Part shown: piece by piece, positions 60,857 to 64,000 of the stretch
Layout of the letters: the number at the start of each line of letters is the position of its first letter
How positions within the stretch are numbered: position 1 is the stretch's first letter
Assembly (NCBI GenBank): GCA_019422525.1
Contig: JAHZDE010000009.1
Location: forward strand, 37,150 to 101,149
Source of the DNA: Clostridiales bacterium
GTDB lineage: Bacteria; Bacillota; Clostridia; Oscillospirales; Acutalibacteraceae
Length of the DNA: 64,000 bases
Direction of reading: 5' to 3'
The notes under the pieces: model-generated
Told to the model about the DNA's origin: nothing
Database searches by the model: none
The model's input: only the letters and a program-made list of their open reading frames with translations
Program-made: the position numbers and the translations under genes

Positions 60857-63475
60857 TTATTTGCCTCTTTTTTTAAGCGCTGCGCAGGCAACATCGCGGT
60901 TTTTGAGATAGCGGGGAATGGATGGATATTCTTCAGCCAGCTTTTTCCAAATATAGAAGGCCGTTTTTAGATAGGAACGGGAACGAAAAAAAGGCCTTTT
61001 TAGAGTTCCAATCTTATAATAACAAAGGGCAAGATCTTCCCTCGACTCGGGTGTGTGTGATTCCTTAGCAAGCTGCTTCCGTATATCAAGACTTTGTCGG
61101 AAAAATTCATTCGCAGATGATAGATTCCCATTTGCCTGGCTAACATCCCCCAGCCTTTCACAACAAATAGACAGATTCCGGCGGTTTTCAAGATTTGGAA
61201 ACTTCTCGGTAAGAAGCTGGAGAATCTTGTGACAAAGTTCAAAAAAATGTCGGGCACATAACAAATTGCCTTCCATCCAGCAGATATCCCCCATTCTGCC
61301 ATAACATTCAGATAAATTCTCCCGGTTCTCAATGGTCGGGGATTTCTTTGCAATCTGCTTGGAGACTTGCAGGCTTTTCTCATAAAATCGCCGGGCAGAG
61401 GATAAATCCCCTTGCAGCTGACAAACCTCTCCCAGTTTATAATAACCGATAGACAAGTTTCGGCGATTTTCAATGGTGGGAGATTCTTCGGCAAGCTGTT
61501 TGAATAGGTTCAGGCTAAGCTGATAAAATTGACGGGCAGATGTAAGGTTCCCTTCTGTCTCACAGACTTCTCCAAGCCTGTCATAACAAATAGACAGATT
61601 CCGACGATTTGTTATCGTGCCGAACTCCTCATACAGCTGTTCGACAATCTCCAAATCCAGCTGGTAAAATTGACGGGCAGCCTTGAGATCTCCTTCCGCT
61701 TGGCTGATATCCCCAAGCCTTTCATATCCGATAGACAAGCTGTGACGATTTTGAATGGTTGGCGATTCTTCCACAATCCCTTTGATGATATCCAAATCCA
61801 GCTGATAATACTGGTGGGCAGATATAAGGTCTCCTTCTGCTTGGCTGATATCCCCCATTCTCTCATAACTAATAGATAAACTCCGGCGATTCTTCATCAC
61901 CGGCGACTCCTCCACCATCTGCTTGCAAATTCCCATGCTTAACTGATGAAACTTTTTGGCAGCCTGAATATTTCCCTGTGCTTTGCTGATATCCCCCAGT
62001 TTGCTATAATTGATGGATAATCCCTGGCGGTTTTCCATAGTCGGTGACGTTTCCACCAGCTGCTTAAAAATCTCCATACTCAGCTGATAAAATTTTCTGG
62101 CAGCCTGTAAATTTTCTTCTGCTTCCAATATGTTTCCCAGTTTATGATAACTAATGGATATACCACGGTTCGCATCAGGAAAATGGTACTCTTCCCACAC
62201 AGTCTTACAAAGCGGCAGCATTTTGCTTTCCCAAACCCACCGCCAGTTAGGGATATCTTCCAGCTCTTTATAAAAATTGCCCAAATCCCACAAGGCATCC
62301 GTGAGATCAAGAAAAGTATCCTCTGTTCGGGATTTCCCCCATGCCTTTTCACGGCTCTCAATTAGCTTTTTTTGCCAGTCAATTGCCTTTTGATAATTCT
62401 GCGCAACGCCTTCGCCGGAGCGGTACATCAAAACGAGCTTTTCCATGGCCGGATCATAGCCCTGTTCGGCTGCACCCCGGATCAGTGCTTCCGCCCGCTG
62501 ATTATCGACTTCCACGTCAATACCCGCCAAATAGGCAAGACCGATAAAATAGTTGTGCTGCGGGTCGTTATCATTTTCCCGAATGGCTAACTGCCGCAAG
62601 GCATCCAGCAAACTTTGGGACAGAGCCGGAGCATCCTCCCCATTGGTGCAGGGCGGTACGGATTCATAACAGTTTTCCAGTGCCGGGCGGCTGGTAGGCA
62701 TCATTTCCACCGGCAGGATGGGCTTCCCGGATTTCTGCGCCATGGGATACTCGGTAGTCATCACATAGTTGGGATTTTCCAGCAAGCTGGGCGTGACAAC
62801 CAAGGTGAAGAGCTTACTCTTTTGAAGTGCGTCTGCAATGGCCTGGTTGAAGTTTTCGCCCGGGACTAAAAACTCATCGTACCAGATGGCAATGTCCCGG
62901 CAGAATTCGTTTTTATGGATAAGGCGCATGAGTTTTTGGGCTTCCCGGCGGTCCTTCTTTCGATAACTGAGGAAAATATAAGCGTCAAAGGCCGCTCGTA
63001 CCTTTTGGGCCAGCTCGTCGCCAATCAAAATGGAGTTTAGGAACTTTTGCAGCTTTTCCTCAAAGGGGATAGCTGTGCTGTCGTGAGCGTTCGCATCCAG
63101 AAACTGTAAGTTCCCAAACCGTTTTTGGAATTTCTCTTCCAGCCCCGATTCCTGCATCAGGGGAAGCACTGGGATATGGTGTTCCACAGCGAAAGGGAAC
63201 TCTTTGTCCATGGCTCGGTTGGGCTGGGTTAGCAACCGCTCGGTTACCGGCATAACAAAAAGCTGCATTTGGGAAAGGTCAGCAGAAAGCTCCTCCCAGT
63301 TATCGGGGACTTCCGGTTCTGGATCGTACCAGATAGCGCAGTTTTGCAGCTTTAAAATTTGCTTGCTGATGGGTTGTAAAAAGAATTCCTGCTCCTTGGG
63401 ATGGCCGCAAAAATAAACCCGGGGCTTTCCCTGCGGGCTGGAACTGCCGCGAGTGAGATATTGAAGCTTTGACAT
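60857..63475 (-). CDS. Paralogue C: tandem TIR-like domains + SEL1-like segment + 8 x 47-aa TPR-like repeats (872 aa)
   Basis: Same architecture, and the N-terminal 435 codons are colinear with A and B. Its repeat units are the most diverged of the three (for example LSICYDRLGEVCETEGNLTSARQFYQLSLNLFKQL). Confidence 0.7.
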   Translation of the reverse strand: MSKLQYLTRGSSSPQGKPRVYFCGHPKEQEFFLQPISKQILKLQNCAIWYDPEPEVPDNWEELSADLSQMQLFVMPVTERLLTQPNRAMDKEFPFAVEHHIPVLPLMQESGLEEKFQKRFGNLQFLDANAHDSTAIPFEEKLQKFLNSILIGDELAQKVRAAFDAYIFLSYRKKDRREAQKLMRLIHKNEFCRDIAIWYDEFLVPGENFNQAIADALQKSKLFTLVVTPSLLENPNYVMTTEYPMAQKSGKPILPVEMMPTSRPALENCYESVPPCTNGEDAPALSQSLLDALRQLAIRENDNDPQHNYFIGLAYLAGIDVEVDNQRAEALIRGAAEQGYDPAMEKLVLMYRSGEGVAQNYQKAIDWQKKLIESREKAWGKSRTEDTFLDLTDALWDLGNFYKELEDIPNWRWVWESKMLPLCKTVWEEYHFPDANRGISISYHKLGNILEAEENLQAARKFYQLSMEIFKQLVETSPTMENRQGLSINYSKLGDISKAQGNIQAAKKFHQLSMGICKQMVEESPVMKNRRSLSISYERMGDISQAEGDLISAHQYYQLDLDIIKGIVEESPTIQNRHSLSIGYERLGDISQAEGDLKAARQFYQLDLEIVEQLYEEFGTITNRRNLSICYDRLGEVCETEGNLTSARQFYQLSLNLFKQLAEESPTIENRRNLSIGYYKLGEVCQLQGDLSSARRFYEKSLQVSKQIAKKSPTIENRENLSECYGRMGDICWMEGNLLCARHFFELCHKILQLLTEKFPNLENRRNLSICCERLGDVSQANGNLSSANEFFRQSLDIRKQLAKESHTPESREDLALCYYKIGTLKRPFFRSRSYLKTAFYIWKKLAEEYPSIPRYLKNRDVACAALKKRGK
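61043..62170 (-). repeat. Eight tandem 141-bp coding repeats in paralogue C
   Basis: Counted from the translated repeats starting at N436. Confidence 0.85.
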
Positions 63476-63523
63476 AAAGATACCCCTTCCTACCGTTTGT
63501 CTGATTGCTCACCCTTATGTTTT

Positions 63524-63552
63524 ATGATACAGGAGTTTCTCATTTGGTACAA
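63524..63552 (-). promoter_or_regulatory. Promoter of paralogue C (TTGTAC-17-TATCAT)
   Basis: Hexamers with a 17-nt spacer, about 50 nt upstream of the ATG. Confidence 0.5.
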
Positions 63553-63592
63553 GTAATACAATAGATTTTCTTCCGATTTTTCGCAAAACAAC

Positions 63593-63640
63593 AAAAAAAA
63601 CCGAACCTCTTTCCTGTGAAAAAAGGTTCGGTTTTTATTT
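63593..63640. terminator. Bidirectional terminator after the Rrf2 gene
   Basis: A8-CCGAACC...GGTTCGG-T5ATTTT. Confidence 0.7.
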
Positions 63641-63675
63641 TCTCGAATATCGGAGGCCAGCGCTCCCGCTCCTGC

Positions 63676-64000
63676 TTACGGCAGGTTTTCAGCGCCAGAT
63701 TTCAACAAGTCCGCAATGGTAATGCCGTCAAAATACTCGTTTGTAAGTTCATGAAACTTTCTCCACATGGAAACCGTTTTACAGTACGGCTCCCTGTCAC
63801 AGGGCTTCGCCCCGCAGGAAAGACAGGCTACCGGCGCCATGTCCCCTTCTTCCAGCCGAAGAATTTCCCCTACTGTATACTCTTCCGGGCGCCGGCTTAA
63901 TCGATACCCGCCGCCCTTCCCGTGGATTCCTTCCACCAGACCGCTTTTGGATAACGCCGGCATAATGCGCTCCAAATATTTGAGAGAGATTTCCTGCCGC
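63676..64000 (-). CDS. Rrf2-family transcriptional regulator (Fe-S type); the 5' end lies beyond the window
   Basis: The reading frame continues to the window edge (RQEISLKYLERIMPALSKSGLVEGIHGKGGGYRL). The Cys cluster CLSCGAKPCDREPYC is typical of cluster-binding Rrf2 proteins. Confidence 0.85.
   Translation of the reverse strand, partial: RQEISLKYLERIMPALSKSGLVEGIHGKGGGYRLSRRPEEYTVGEILRLEEGDMAPVACLSCGAKPCDREPYCKTVSMWRKFHELTNEYFDGITIADLLKSGAENLP

Larger units (their letters stand above)
55494..63552 (-). repeat. Head-to-tail triplication of a ~2.77-kb promoter+gene unit
   Basis: The start codons at 57929, 60702 and 63475 are spaced exactly 2773 bp apart. The upstream regions are homologous, including the TTTTCGC(C)AAAA block, the promoter and the RBS. 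Confidence 0.9.

Noticed and set aside
55779-62170. Regularly spaced 141-bp repeats that could be mistaken for a CRISPR-like or satellite array.
   Set aside because: The repeats are contiguous with no unique spacers. They stay in frame inside long ORFs and encode TPR-like helical units. No cas genes are present.
55494-63675. The TIR-TPR locus as part of a prophage, transposon or integrative element.
   Set aside because: There is no integrase, transposase, recombinase, tRNA attachment site or terminal repeat within or next to the locus in this window. The flanks are housekeeping operons.

Overview
This 64 kb window is a chromosomal segment from a Gram-positive anaerobe. Gene content and operon structure suggest Clostridia, possibly Oscillospiraceae/Ruminococcaceae-like, but that placement is an inference. 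About 55 kb is ordinary, densely packed housekeeping DNA. It holds uvrBA; a csoR-copA copper operon with two CsoR boxes; an orphan GH32 fructosidase; and a TPP-riboswitch-controlled thiS-thiF-thiG-thiH-tenI-thiC operon. It also holds a sortase-anchored PT-repeat surface protein, an aconitase, and the conserved block nadD/yhbY/rdgB/ftsY/smc/rnc/plsX/trmFO/topA/dprA. Further along are infC-rpmI-rplT with an ATT start and an L20-type leader, a molybdenum cofactor and molybdate uptake cluster (moeA-like, moaC, moaA, MOSC-mog fusion, modABC), a thiE-thiD fusion, an acyl-CoA synthetase with an XRE-cupin regulator, and a Leu T-box leader driving yqeK-rsfS-leuS. The stand-out region is 55.5-63.5 kb. 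It contains three head-to-tail paralogous genes of 811, 868 and 872 aa, each with its own conserved promoter and with start codons exactly 2773 bp apart. Each encodes two tandem TIR-like domains, a SEL1-like segment, and an array of 6-8 very regular 47-aa (141-bp) TPR-like repeats. No NTPase domain, partner gene or mobile-element gene is present. I read this as a candidate, apparently undescribed, single-polypeptide TIR-effector/repeat-sensor family (defence-like or NAD-consuming). It shows concerted evolution of the effector half and diversification of the repeat half. All family assignments come from motif recognition by eye. No database search was run.
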